A stretch of 64,000 nt of DNA from a virus (IMGVR_UViG_3300027762_000003:16028-80027); one strand, 5' to 3'; positions 19,534 to 28,927 are shown, counted from the first letter of the stretch. Notes: generated from the sequence alone by a model not told the origin. Numbers and translations are program-made.

Positions 19534-19882
19534 AGATAGTGTCTAGTCCTAGTTCGTAGGCTCTTGCGTTTGCAAATTCTCTCGCTGATTCGATTGAGTT
19601 AAATTCAATGGGGTAAATGCTATACCTAATCCCTTCAAGGGTGCAGGTTTGCCCAATTGGGGGAGTCAGGGCGATCGCCACATAATAAGTATTTCCCTTA
19701 GCTCTGGTTGGGCATGTGTCACCAGGTTGGTTATTTTTACCCTTGATGTTGACATCAAAATCCCCAATAAATGTGTGGTCGAATTCATCCGGGATGATTC
19801 TGTATTCGCCTTTGGGAGTGGCGAGCGTGCAACTGGATATTAGTCCAGTGATTAAAGTCAAAAACACGAGCTTGAGTTTCAT
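19484..19882 (-). CDS. Putative lipoprotein
   Basis: MKLKLVFLTLITGLISSC is a lipobox-like signal. Confidence 0.65.
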   Translation of the reverse strand: MKLKLVFLTLITGLISSCTLATPKGEYRIIPDEFDHTFIGDFDVNIKGKNNQPGDTCPTRAKGNTYYVAIALTPPIGQTCTLEGIRYSIYPIEFNSIESAREFANARAYELGLDTIYGTNEPRPTATAPSQN

Positions 19883-20559
19883 GGCTTGAGTACCTTCTCT
19901 AAAAGTTCTCTGGATGGAATGGGGCGATCGCCGTTCTTGTCCTTGAGCCTCAAGTCCAAATGGGGGCCGGTTCCTGCATCCCCACTTTCGGCGATCTTCT
20001 GTCCCTTCTTGGCAGCGCCTGGGGTGCAGTCATGTAAGTGGAGAAATTGAACGGTGTACGTGCCTTCTGGGCTAGGGAACTCAGCCACTAATCCGGCTAA
20101 TCCGCCATAATTGGGACATTGCACCGTAGTGTCAAAAGGTGCGTAAAGTGGAGTGCCGGTTGGCGTTCCAACATCGATCGCTGCATGATAAGAGGAGCAG
20201 CCGCTACAGGGTGAGACTCTTGGCCCATAGCCAGAGGTCACGGGATGTCCAGCAATGGAGTCACCGGGAACTAGGCTTATGTTTGAAATTAGTTGAGCGT
20301 CTTGAATAGCTCCAGAGGTAGGGATGTTTGCCGTGCTTTTAGTCTTGCCGGGTTTACCTAATTGAGATTCTAGAAAAGATTGCCAGGGTTTCATTGTTTC
20401 ATCCCATGTTTTATTTAAGTTTGGAAGGATTTGGATAGCCACAGCACCACAAGTTATAATGGTTGTGATCAGGAGAACACTGGTTTTTCTATTCGAGATC
20501 GTGGGACTTTTATTGCTGCGTTGAACTTCTTGCAGGTGGGGGGTGGTGATGCCCCCCAT
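19879..20559 (-). CDS. Membrane-anchored M23-family peptidase
   Basis: TM helix; VTSGYGPR, HAAID (HxxxD), FLHL, TGPHLD (HxD variant). Start placed at MGGITT. Confidence 0.88.
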   Translation of the reverse strand: MGGITTPHLQEVQRSNKSPTISNRKTSVLLITTIITCGAVAIQILPNLNKTWDETMKPWQSFLESQLGKPGKTKSTANIPTSGAIQDAQLISNISLVPGDSIAGHPVTSGYGPRVSPCSGCSSYHAAIDVGTPTGTPLYAPFDTTVQCPNYGGLAGLVAEFPSPEGTYTVQFLHLHDCTPGAAKKGQKIAESGDAGTGPHLDLRLKDKNGDRPIPSRELLEKVLKP

Positions 20560-20578
20560 TTTTACTTTGAGCTGGAAA

Positions 20579-20710
20579 TCAAGAGCCACCTTTAATAATC
20601 TCCACAATATTTGGGATATAGGAGCGTCGATAGCCTGGTGCGTCAAAACTCAAGGCGACTATCGCAAAAGCGCAGCAGGCTATAATTATTCCTTTGCTTA
20701 TCGACCCCAT
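20579..20710 (-). CDS. 43-aa single-TM protein (not in the ORF track)
   Basis: Hand translation MGSISKGIIIACCAFAIVALSFDAPGYRRSYIPNIVEIIKGGS; overlaps the upstream stop and fills the gap in the operon. Confidence 0.45.
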   Translation of the reverse strand: MGSISKGIIIACCAFAIVALSFDAPGYRRSYIPNIVEIIKGGS

Positions 20711-20952
20711 GGCATTTGCACCGATGTAGGACGAATGGGACTTGTGTTGTTAGCGGCTTGATTGGCTCCGATATTTCCGATCCAATAAGCCGCGCCAACA
20801 AAGAAGCAAATAACGATAACGGAAGTGCCTACGACTTGCGACATAACCGAGAATCCACCGGCCACCGTATCGGTAACGGTGTGTGCCACATCAATCGTTG
20901 TTTTACGTTTCGCTAGACTTCCACCACGGGAAACCATATCAATATCTGCCAT
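20698..20952 (-). CDS. Small membrane protein
   Basis: One TM helix VVGTSVIVICFFVGAAYWI; starts 2 nt after the ATPase stop. Confidence 0.65.
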   Translation of the reverse strand: MADIDMVSRGGSLAKRKTTIDVAHTVTDTVAGGFSVMSQVVGTSVIVICFFVGAAYWIGNIGANQAANNTSPIRPTSVQMPWGR

Positions 20953-20954
20953 GA

Positions 20955-22196
20955 TTATGCTCCTTTCTTCTTGAATTCGATTACATTACTTTTTGGCTGG
21001 GGATTGGATGGCGCTTGTACCGATAAATCAGGGGTAGCGGTCACGAAAGGATCGTCCCCTTCTCTGCAAATAATCGCCGCATATTTACCAAGCGCAATCC
21101 TTTCTCTGTGTAGTTTTTTCCTGTCCCAATGGTCAGGAATAATGGTGTTCGTATCGTTAATTAAGTTGCCCAACAAGTACCAATGCATCTGCATGGTTGC
21201 GCTGGAATCAAGCTCGCACATTCCTTTTTTGAGGGAGTGCAACCCTAGGAAAACATCGACGTGAAACTTACGGAATCCATTCTGGATATAGGTAATCATT
21301 TCAGCCATTTCCTTGCCCGCACCAGTCCGGGTGATAAACCCTTGATATTCATCGATCACTACCAATAGCGGGGGTTCTTTTTTTAGGATCGCTTCTTCTC
21401 TTCTTAGCCCTTCCTGGTAAACCTTGTTGAACGCGGATAAAGCTTTGAACGGGTCTCTGACTACAATTTGGCCATGCTCATCTTCTGAACATCCAGACAA
21501 CCAGGACTCTTCATCGGGGTCATAGTGGGGGTCAATGATTAGAAGCTTTGTATCCGGCCTCGCTTGCAACCGCTTGCTGAGTAAGTGTCTCAGTGCGGAT
21601 GACTTCCCCGAACCACGGGAACCCGCGATGATTGCCGATCCATTATGAAAAATCTTCTCGATTTCACTGAAGGGTTCAGATTCCTCATTGAATCCCATCC
21701 CATCAGCCCTGGCCGGGAATGAGGGTAACTCTTCCTCCTCTTCTTCGTCCCACAAGTCAATCGGGCTTGGGGATATAGGTTGTGGACGAGACCCAGCCGT
21801 AAATGGTGGGGGACTGCTGAAGATGTTGAACGAGCGCTCGGTGGTATCTGTTGGCTCTTCTTCTGCGCTTCTTGGTTCCGATGTCTGCCATGATTCTTCT
21901 TCCTCTTTGTCTAGTTCGTAATCGTCGATTCCGGTCACGGAATCGTCTATGGGTTCATTAGTTTCTTTGATTTGCTTCTTGTTCGGGGTGTAGGCATATA
22001 GCCCGCCTATCGCTGCCCCGCCGATCATCATCATTCCCAATCCCTTGAAGAGTGGGTGCGCGGGCGGCTGCACAGCTTCCTGGATGGATGAGTACGGGGT
22101 GGAGTTAAGCTCAATGGGTGGCTGGTAGCTGAAGGTGATCGCCCCACCTATCGCCAGGAGTGTCGATGCTGCCAGTACAGCCGGATTAAAAGGCAT
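20955..22196 (-). CDS. Membrane-anchored FtsK/HerA-superfamily P-loop ATPase
   Basis: Two N-terminal TM helices, acidic/Pro linker, Walker A IIAGSRGSGKS, LLIIDPH, Walker B LLVVIDE, arginine-finger-like GFRKF then a strand ending LHS. Confidence 0.85.
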   Translation of the reverse strand: MPFNPAVLAASTLLAIGGAITFSYQPPIELNSTPYSSIQEAVQPPAHPLFKGLGMMMIGGAAIGGLYAYTPNKKQIKETNEPIDDSVTGIDDYELDKEEEESWQTSEPRSAEEEPTDTTERSFNIFSSPPPFTAGSRPQPISPSPIDLWDEEEEEELPSFPARADGMGFNEESEPFSEIEKIFHNGSAIIAGSRGSGKSSALRHLLSKRLQARPDTKLLIIDPHYDPDEESWLSGCSEDEHGQIVVRDPFKALSAFNKVYQEGLRREEAILKKEPPLLVVIDEYQGFITRTGAGKEMAEMITYIQNGFRKFHVDVFLGLHSLKKGMCELDSSATMQMHWYLLGNLINDTNTIIPDHWDRKKLHRERIALGKYAAIICREGDDPFVTATPDLSVQAPSNPQPKSNVIEFKKKGA

Positions 22197-22912
22197 CAGT
22201 GTACACCTCCATCCATCGTGATTGTTATGGTGGGATCGATTGAGCGTTGAACATCAAAAGCAATATCAGAGCGATTGTTGGCACGTTCGAGATCTCGGTA
22301 TCCTTCCAGAACTTTCCGGCTATTCGCCAACTCCTTTAACCACACTCCGTCTGTATCACCGCCTAAGTCTCTGTCAAAAACTAGCGCGGTATGGGCCGCC
22401 TGATGTTTGACAATTGCAAAAGCTTTTAATTCCTCATCGGAAACTGCTAATTCTACTCTCCTGCCTTCACGGTTGACATAGATGATCTTGGCTTGAGTGC
22501 CCCCAACCGTTGCATCATTAGCTAAGTCTTGGGCATTGGCGATCGCCCCTAGGATGGCTTGATGTTCAGGAACTCGATACAGGGGAGACTCTGGATTTGT
22601 GGACGCATCTTTAACCCGATCCTTCATGCTTGACGCAACCGAGCTAATGATTTGCTGGTGGATACCCATTTGGGTTGGACTTGGTGTGCGGTCATTATCA
22701 AAGTAATCCTTTAGGTAGGTGTTCCATGCTTGCTGGAGATTGTCGGATGTCTGCGCCTGCTCTTGAGTAATCTGCGGAATAACTGCACCGTAAGGAACTT
22801 GGGAGCGGAAGGGTTGCATCGCTACGATCAGAATAGATGCAAAAAGGATGGAGGCGGCGATCGAGATTTGTTGTAAATTGAATTTGAACCGTGCAAGGGT
22901 AAAAGCTTCCAT
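22196..22912 (-). CDS. Membrane-anchored exported helical protein
   Basis: N-terminal TM helix; stop overlaps the ATPase start. Confidence 0.65.
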   Translation of the reverse strand: MEAFTLARFKFNLQQISIAASILFASILIVAMQPFRSQVPYGAVIPQITQEQAQTSDNLQQAWNTYLKDYFDNDRTPSPTQMGIHQQIISSVASSMKDRVKDASTNPESPLYRVPEHQAILGAIANAQDLANDATVGGTQAKIIYVNREGRRVELAVSDEELKAFAIVKHQAAHTALVFDRDLGGDTDGVWLKELANSRKVLEGYRDLERANNRSDIAFDVQRSIDPTITITMDGGVH

Positions 22913-22914
22913 GA

Positions 22915-23133
22915 TTAGAATCCTCCAAAAGGAACGACGGCGGGGGTAACGGGTTGCTCGTAGGGGTAGGCGCTAATCCCCTCCCGAATGAGTGAGCCAA
23001 TATATAAAGCAGATCCGATCGCTACCCAAGTGGAGGTCACGTGAACCACCGCCGCTATGAACGGCATTGGTAGCGCCCAAGCAATGATAGGGATGAGTGG
23101 GGAAATAATCATAAGGTCGATGATGCGATCCAT
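22915..23133 (-). CDS. Small two-TM membrane protein
   Basis: Likely start MDRIIDLMIISPLIPIIAWAL after AGGA; two hydrophobic segments. Confidence 0.6.
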   Translation of the reverse strand: MDRIIDLMIISPLIPIIAWALPMPFIAAVVHVTSTWVAIGSALYIGSLIREGISAYPYEQPVTPAVVPFGGF

Positions 23134-23317
23134 TTTTCTGATTCCTGTCGTTATGTTGTTTATTTCTCTCTCCTGAAGCCAATGAACGCGCCTAGCGCTG
23201 CTACGGCTAAGGCTGAGAAAAGAGGGGAAAGGGTGGGGTGGATTGCGTACCCGACAAATCCACCGATACCGGAGATGGGTGCGGCACAAAGTAAAACTTG
23301 GCGCTGCTCTTTCCAGG

Positions 23318-23863
23318 CTAGTTGCTGCTGCTGAGATACGAACTCGGCAAGCAGGGCTTCACTGGTTGGGGTATCGATCCAGCGATGACTGCCATCGTCT
23401 TCTCTACCGGGCGCAATCCCAACTCCCCCAGTGCTTGGTCTAAAGGGCTTTCGTAAATCTCCCTCATTGCTTGCATCCGTGATTCGATTAATCGCTGCCC
23501 CAACTCTTCCAGGGATTGAGCTTCACCTGCAACATAAGCGCGCAAGGTTTCAGTCCCGGTTAGAACCCCTGCTGTCGCTCCCCTTTGAATGCCCTGGCTA
23601 CGAAGCACGGAAAAGATATCACGGTGGGCGCGATCACCACTCGAAAGGTTGGATATAGTTTCCTGTTCTGGAGTCAGGTCGCCGCCCTTCACTTGTTGGC
23701 GGTTCGCATTCTGTGCAGCCTTCTCTTTTGCTGATAATAATTGCTCAACAATTTCATCGGGAATCTCATTGACCCCATAAAGCGTTTTGTCGATAGCTGA
23801 CAGCATTTTGTCAAGCTGGGGATTGGTCACGTTGATAAGTTGTAATACTTCTGCTCGTTTCAT
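23318..23863 (-). CDS. Hypothetical protein with HTH-like N-terminus and coiled coil
   Basis: MKRAEVLQLINVTNPQLDKML; ATGA-coupled to the upstream gene. Confidence 0.6.
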   Translation of the reverse strand: MKRAEVLQLINVTNPQLDKMLSAIDKTLYGVNEIPDEIVEQLLSAKEKAAQNANRQQVKGGDLTPEQETISNLSSGDRAHRDIFSVLRSQGIQRGATAGVLTGTETLRAYVAGEAQSLEELGQRLIESRMQAMREIYESPLDQALGELGLRPVEKTMAVIAGSIPQPVKPCLPSSYLSSSN

Positions 23864-24270
23864 TTGTTTTTCCTGAAGTTAAAGTGAATGATGGTTTGAC
23901 TTTCTCTCTGTCCGTTCAGCCGCTTGTTGTATTGTGCCAAGCTGAATTTCTCTGGTTCGGTAATTAATGCTGTTTTGATTTCCTCTCGTTTCAACCTCTT
24001 CTTGCCTGGAGACCTACCAGGCTCGGTATAGGGTGGGGAGGTGAAAATTTTTAGGAGCCAGATCACGTAATCATCGAGTGGTGACCTGGGATTAACAACA
24101 GCTTCATCGCAAAGAGCGGAGATTGTTGTTAATAAATAATGCAAAGAAGACGTTCGATAAATACCTAAATCATCGGCTATTTGATGACGGGTCAACGTTC
24201 GGTTGGACAATGTAATCACTTTGTTTTTACTGTGTTTAATTCCTCTGTGATGTCTATGCTCATGTGACAA
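23860..24270 (-). CDS. Putative DNA-binding protein, first gene of the membrane/ATPase operon
   Basis: LTRHQIADDLGI is HTH-like; basic protein; start codon uncertain. Confidence 0.5.
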   Translation of the reverse strand: MSHEHRHHRGIKHSKNKVITLSNRTLTRHQIADDLGIYRTSSLHYLLTTISALCDEAVVNPRSPLDDYVIWLLKIFTSPPYTEPGRSPGKKRLKREEIKTALITEPEKFSLAQYNKRLNGQRESQTIIHFNFRKNK

Positions 24271-24457
24271 AATCGTTTTATTTGTTTCTGTCGCATGAGC
24301 TTAAGTTAGCCCATATAAATCGAGGGTTCAATGGTTGTGTAGCGACTTGCTCGCGTGGGTCGTCACATGAGCGATTGCACAGTGCTTCCGGGGAATATGG
24401 CACTAAAAAAGCCAAGTCTCTAAACTTGGCTTAAAATTTTTGGGGTTGTTTTTTCGA

Positions 24458-24715
24458 TCAAAATAGTGCTAGTTGTCCAGATCTCTCGTGCCTCAGTTCT
24501 TCGAGTCGATCCACCTGCTCTTTAGCCAACCCAATACAGTGGTCAGCTTCGCCTGAAACATTTTCCACTACGCACGACCAAGCAGAATCGTTGCTATCTA
24601 CCACGCTTAAAACAGGGGGACTATATTCAGAAATAAAGATCCTATATCCCCGGTACTCATCAATGAGAGTGTCTAACTCAAGAATATAGCGCGCATAAAC
24701 TTCACCCCATCCCAT
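24458..24715 (-). CDS. Hypothetical protein
   Basis: MGWGEVY... after a GGAGG RBS; ends GQLALF. Confidence 0.55.
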   Translation of the reverse strand: MGWGEVYARYILELDTLIDEYRGYRIFISEYSPPVLSVVDSNDSAWSCVVENVSGEADHCIGLAKEQVDRLEELRHERSGQLALF

Positions 24716-24968
24716 GGCTAGATTTCCTCCCCGCACTCATAACATGATCAGCGATCGCCAACTGAAGCAATGTACTGCGTGGTGGCTTGTGTTGCCCGCA
24801 CACCCATTTGCGAACAGTGACCGGATGGACTTTTAGTAATTCAGCCACTTTTGTATAGCTGCATTCCCACCTCTGTAAGAAGGTGGTGATGGTGTACCCC
24901 TCGTACTTCCTGAAGAAGTGAGAAGCGTTCAGGATGTCTTCATCCGTTAGATATATGGGATGATGCAT
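24702..24968 (-). CDS. HTH DNA-binding protein
   Basis: SYTKVAELLKVHPVTVRKWVCG; GGAGG RBS. Confidence 0.75.
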   Translation of the reverse strand: MHHPIYLTDEDILNASHFFRKYEGYTITTFLQRWECSYTKVAELLKVHPVTVRKWVCGQHKPPRSTLLQLAIADHVMSAGRKSSHGMG

Positions 24969-25132
24969 GTAAGCCTCCTATAGGTTCGGTCTATTGGGGG
25001 TCAGAAGTGATCGTTGGGTGGCCGCCCGGCGATCACTTCGTCTTTTGTGTCACATGATAGCACTATTCACTCGAAATAGATACACTGTCAACACAAATTA
25101 GATAGAATCGATTCAAGAGAAAGGAGACAAGT

Positions 25133-25354
25133 ATGAATAACGAGCGAATATTGATCACGTTAAGCCAAGACGAGCTAAGACTACTCAAACTCTGGGCCGC
25201 TTGGCACGGAAAACCGCAATCCACTTATGCCGGACAGATATTGGGAGCTAGATTGGAGGCGAACCGAGAACTGATCGAAGATCTAGTGAGATCGGCAGCA
25301 GAAAACCGAGGCATGAGCCATGAACAACTCTGTAAAGAATGGTTGGATGAGTAG
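25133..25354 (+). CDS. Small RHH-like regulator
   Basis: ERILITL strand then helices; AAGGAG RBS; divergent from the HTH gene. Confidence 0.6.
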   Translation: MNNERILITLSQDELRLLKLWAAWHGKPQSTYAGQILGARLEANRELIEDLVRSAAENRGMSHEQLCKEWLDE

Positions 25355-25461
25355 TACACCTATTGTTTTTTACATTGAAAACTATGCTAATCATCAGTAT
25401 GTTTTACTGGTAATTAATGTTAGGAGAAGGTATGATTAAGGGGTGAGTTAATAACAGCCCT

Positions 25462-27735
25462 ATGCACAAAATAAACACTACTCAGAAAACACAACCGGAA
25501 GAAATCATCGGAGGCAAATCTAACGAGATTTCTGTAACTCGAAGAAACGGGTCGGTTGTGCCCTTAGATATTACGAAAATCAGAAGAGTTGTAGAGTGGG
25601 CGTGTGACGGATTGGGAGCCAGTCCCATCGTTCTTGAATCCGGTCTCTGTGTTCGCCTTTGTGACGGTATTTCAACTAAGAGTATTCAGGACAATTTAAT
25701 TAGCGTCTGCCTAGAGATGTGTTCCCCAGAAGAGCCTTATTGGCGTTATGTGGCTGGACGCTTACACATCTGGAGTTTGTGGAAAAATACCCTGGTTAGC
25801 CGTGGCTATCAATATGGGAATTATGCCGGATGGGTCAAGCACCAACTAGAGGCTAAGAAGTATGACGATCGCCTAGGCATCTATTCCAGTGAAGAACTAC
25901 AAGAAGCGGGTAGTTGGATTAATCCAGATTGGGATGCTGACTACGATTACGCTGGAGCCACCCTACTAACCCGGCGCTATCTTTTAGAGAATGAATTACC
26001 CCAAGAGGCTTTCCTAACTTGTGCGCTATTGCTTGCATCGGTAGAAGAACATCGCGATCGCCTGAAGTGGGCGCGTCAATTCTACGAGGCGATCGCCCAA
26101 CGGAAGCTCTCCCTAGCTACACCCATCCTTGCCAACCTCCGTATTCCCGGCGGCTCCCTCTCCAGTTGTTTCATCACCGCCATGGATGACAACCTAGAGA
26201 GTATCTTTGGGGTAATCACCGATACTGCTCGAATCTCTAAGAATGGGGGCGGTGTTGGGGTCAATGTAAGCCGTGTTCGGGCCACGGGTTCGGATGTGAT
26301 GGGACGTAGCAATGCATCCGGTGGTGTGGTTCCTTGGGTTAAGCTACTCAACGACACGGCGATCGCAGTTAACCAGGGTGGAAGACGGGCCGGCGCGGTC
26401 ACGGTTAGCCTCGATATCTGGCATCTAGATATCCTTGAATTCTTGGAGATGCAAACCGAGAACGGCGATCAACGGCGTAAAGCTTACGATGTCTTTCCTC
26501 AGTTAGTGATTACTGATGAGTTCATGCGGCGGGTTGATGCTAAAGAGGAGTGGACGCTCGTTGATCCCCATGAAGTAAAAACCAAGTTAGGTATTGACTT
26601 ACCGATCCTCTGGGGTGAGAAATTTGAGGAAGCCTGGGGAATCGTAGAAAGGGAGGTGGGGCGATCGCTCAAGCTTTATAACCGAATCAATGCCAGGGAT
26701 CTCTTCAAGACCATAATGCGTACCCAAGTGGAAACGGGGATGCCCTATCTGGCTTTCAAGGATACGATCAACCGTTTTAACCCGAATCAGCATCTGGGGT
26801 ACATCCCTGGGGTTAATTTATGTTGTGAAAGCTTCTCGAATGTAAGCCCTGGCAAAGAGGTACATTGCTGTAATTTAGTCAGCCTGAACCTAGCAAACTT
26901 GGAGATTGCGGACATTCCAGATCTATGCCGTGCGGCTGTACGAATGCTGGACAACACCATCGACCTAACTAACCCGCCGATCTCCGCCGCCGAAAACCAC
27001 AATAGTATCTACCGCACTATTGGAGTCGGGGCGATGGGTCTTGCCGATTGGCTGGCCAAGAGGGAATTGAGCTACTCAGACACCATGGCAATAGGGTTAC
27101 TTTTTGAGGAAGTCGCCTATTGGTGTACCCATGCTTCTATGGAGTTGTCCAAGACTAGGGGGTGGTATCCTGGATTCCCTGGTAGTGAATGGCAGAAAGG
27201 GAAAATCATTGGGCATGATGCCGAGTGGTTCAAGTACCATTCAATGATTCCGGATAGATGGCAGCATTTGGCGTATCTAATCCGGATTAATGGCATCAGG
27301 AACAGCCATATAACAGCAATCGCCCCTAATACCTCATCTTCCCTCGTCCAAGGCTGTACAGCGAGCGTTTTGCCCACGTTCAATCGATTTTTCTACGATA
27401 AGTCGTCTAAGGGTGGCGTGCCTGTCGCTCCTCCGTTCATCGACTCCCATTACTGGTACTACCAAGAGAGCCGGAACATGAATCAAGATGTGGTGGTGCA
27501 GGCGATCGCCACCATTCAACAATGGATCGACACAGGGATATCGATGGAGTTGCTCTTTAATCTGAACGAGGGCGTTTACTTCCCAGATGAACCGGAGCGG
27601 GCGCTTAAGGCGATCGATATTTTCGAGACGTTGATGCTGGCTTGGCGATCGGGGTGTAAAGCGGTCTACTACGTGAGAACTGTGCAGCGTGATGATTTCA
27701 AAGAGTCGGGCGGATGTAGTACTTGCGCTAATTAA
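25462..27735 (+). CDS. nrdA: Class I ribonucleotide reductase alpha subunit with ATP cone
   Basis: VTRRNG ATP cone, ATPILAN, LSSCF, NQGGRRAGA, GVNLCCE, CNLVSLN, IAPNTSSS, VYY, C-terminal CSTC. Confidence 0.96.
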   Translation: MHKINTTQKTQPEEIIGGKSNEISVTRRNGSVVPLDITKIRRVVEWACDGLGASPIVLESGLCVRLCDGISTKSIQDNLISVCLEMCSPEEPYWRYVAGRLHIWSLWKNTLVSRGYQYGNYAGWVKHQLEAKKYDDRLGIYSSEELQEAGSWINPDWDADYDYAGATLLTRRYLLENELPQEAFLTCALLLASVEEHRDRLKWARQFYEAIAQRKLSLATPILANLRIPGGSLSSCFITAMDDNLESIFGVITDTARISKNGGGVGVNVSRVRATGSDVMGRSNASGGVVPWVKLLNDTAIAVNQGGRRAGAVTVSLDIWHLDILEFLEMQTENGDQRRKAYDVFPQLVITDEFMRRVDAKEEWTLVDPHEVKTKLGIDLPILWGEKFEEAWGIVEREVGRSLKLYNRINARDLFKTIMRTQVETGMPYLAFKDTINRFNPNQHLGYIPGVNLCCESFSNVSPGKEVHCCNLVSLNLANLEIADIPDLCRAAVRMLDNTIDLTNPPISAAENHNSIYRTIGVGAMGLADWLAKRELSYSDTMAIGLLFEEVAYWCTHASMELSKTRGWYPGFPGSEWQKGKIIGHDAEWFKYHSMIPDRWQHLAYLIRINGIRNSHITAIAPNTSSSLVQGCTASVLPTFNRFFYDKSSKGGVPVAPPFIDSHYWYYQESRNMNQDVVVQAIATIQQWIDTGISMELLFNLNEGVYFPDEPERALKAIDIFETLMLAWRSGCKAVYYVRTVQRDDFKESGGCSTCAN

Positions 27736-27855
27736 TCTTTGAAAAAAAGGGGTTTTAGACCCATTCTTCTGACAATTAATCCCCAAAAAAAGAAACTAAA
27801 GCTTTCGTCTAAACAGATCGAAGCCCATCAACCCCCTGGAGCGATTCGGGGGTTT

Positions 27856-28251
27856 TTACTTGGAGATTAAGATGATGTGGGAGATAAACCCGGCAAGCGC
27901 GGCGATCGCTCCAGGAACCAAGATGACCATGAGGTGGAGCGTATCCAAGGAACTCTGCATCTTGACCTTGTACTCAATCAGTCGATCCTGATCGCCTTCA
28001 ATCTCGGAGAGCCGTTTGTCAATCCGGCTCAGATGCTCTTCTGTCCGGACTTTAAGCTGATCCATCCGATCGCGTAGTTCAGAGCGATGGAGATTTTGTA
28101 GATCTACAATCTGCTTGTGCCAAGTGAGCATCGACTCCTTAAGAGCCGCAGAACGCTCTGCTTCATTGGTGGCCATCTCAACAGCCGCCGCATTCTTTTG
28201 AAGCGCATCCAAGAAGAATTTCATTAGCTCATCGTCGATGTTTTTATCCAT
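27856..28251 (-). CDS. Coiled-coil protein with C-terminal TM helix (holin/XhlA-like architecture)
   Basis: Start MDKNID follows AGGAGG; ends in a hydrophobic helix. Confidence 0.5.
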   Translation of the reverse strand: MDKNIDDELMKFFLDALQKNAAAVEMATNEAERSAALKESMLTWHKQIVDLQNLHRSELRDRMDQLKVRTEEHLSRIDKRLSEIEGDQDRLIEYKVKMQSSLDTLHLMVILVPGAIAALAGFISHIILISK

Positions 28252-28478
28252 GCCTATCCTCCTGAGTTCCTCTATGGCATTTTTGAGGGTAATCAGTTTT
28301 CGCTGCAAGCGCTTCACACCATAGCGATTGATGCCCACATCAACTTTACTGTACCCCAGAATCCCGGTCGAAAATCGGATCTCTGTATTCGGGTCTTCTG
28401 CATTCATCCGATCACCTCCCTTTGTGTAAGTTACTCCTATCGTATCTGCTCAGGAAGGGGCACACCTATATCATGACT

Positions 28479-28922
28479 GTTGACTTTTTCGTCAACCCCA
28501 ATAATGTTGATTTTTTCGTCAACGCCATAAGATCTTTTCTTTAAGGTTGTGGGTTAGCTATCAATATTTTTTTCAACCAAAGAGAGATGTAACTTATGTT
28601 GGAAGACCTGATTTTAAAATTAAGGGGTTTTTACGCGCGGCTGTTTCCTTCTTGTTTTAATGATCAAGATCTGTAATTCCTGTAGATCCCTTATGTATTT
28701 ACATCTTAAAGATCTAAGGCAACTTGAAAAGCTTGATTTATAAGACTTTCAAGGATCGGAAACGACAAAGTGATCGTTTAAACGACAAACCTGTCGTCGA
28801 GGAAACGACAAGAATGTCGCTTACTTATGCCCACTAAACGACAAGAATGTCGTTTCCTACCTGTTGAAAATACTGAAAACCCTACCCTTATTTTGGTAAA
28901 TTCTGAAAAGAGGAAACGACAA
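28479..28922. repeat. Non-coding cluster of palindromic repeats (candidate origin, partition or operator region)
   Basis: GTTGA(C/T)TTTTTCGTCAAC at 28479 and 28506; AAACGACA-N4-TGTCGTTT-like 20-mers at 28760, 28780, 28803 and 28836, plus a half site at 28914. Confidence 0.8.
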
Positions 28923-28927
28923 AATAC

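Noticed and set aside
18967-20646. Ordinary lysis cassette (endolysin, holin, spanin)
   Set aside because: Not fully excluded, but both hydrolases are membrane-anchored and coupled to an FtsK/HerA ATPase in a run leading to dnaN, and a separate C39 candidate endolysin lies near the head genes.
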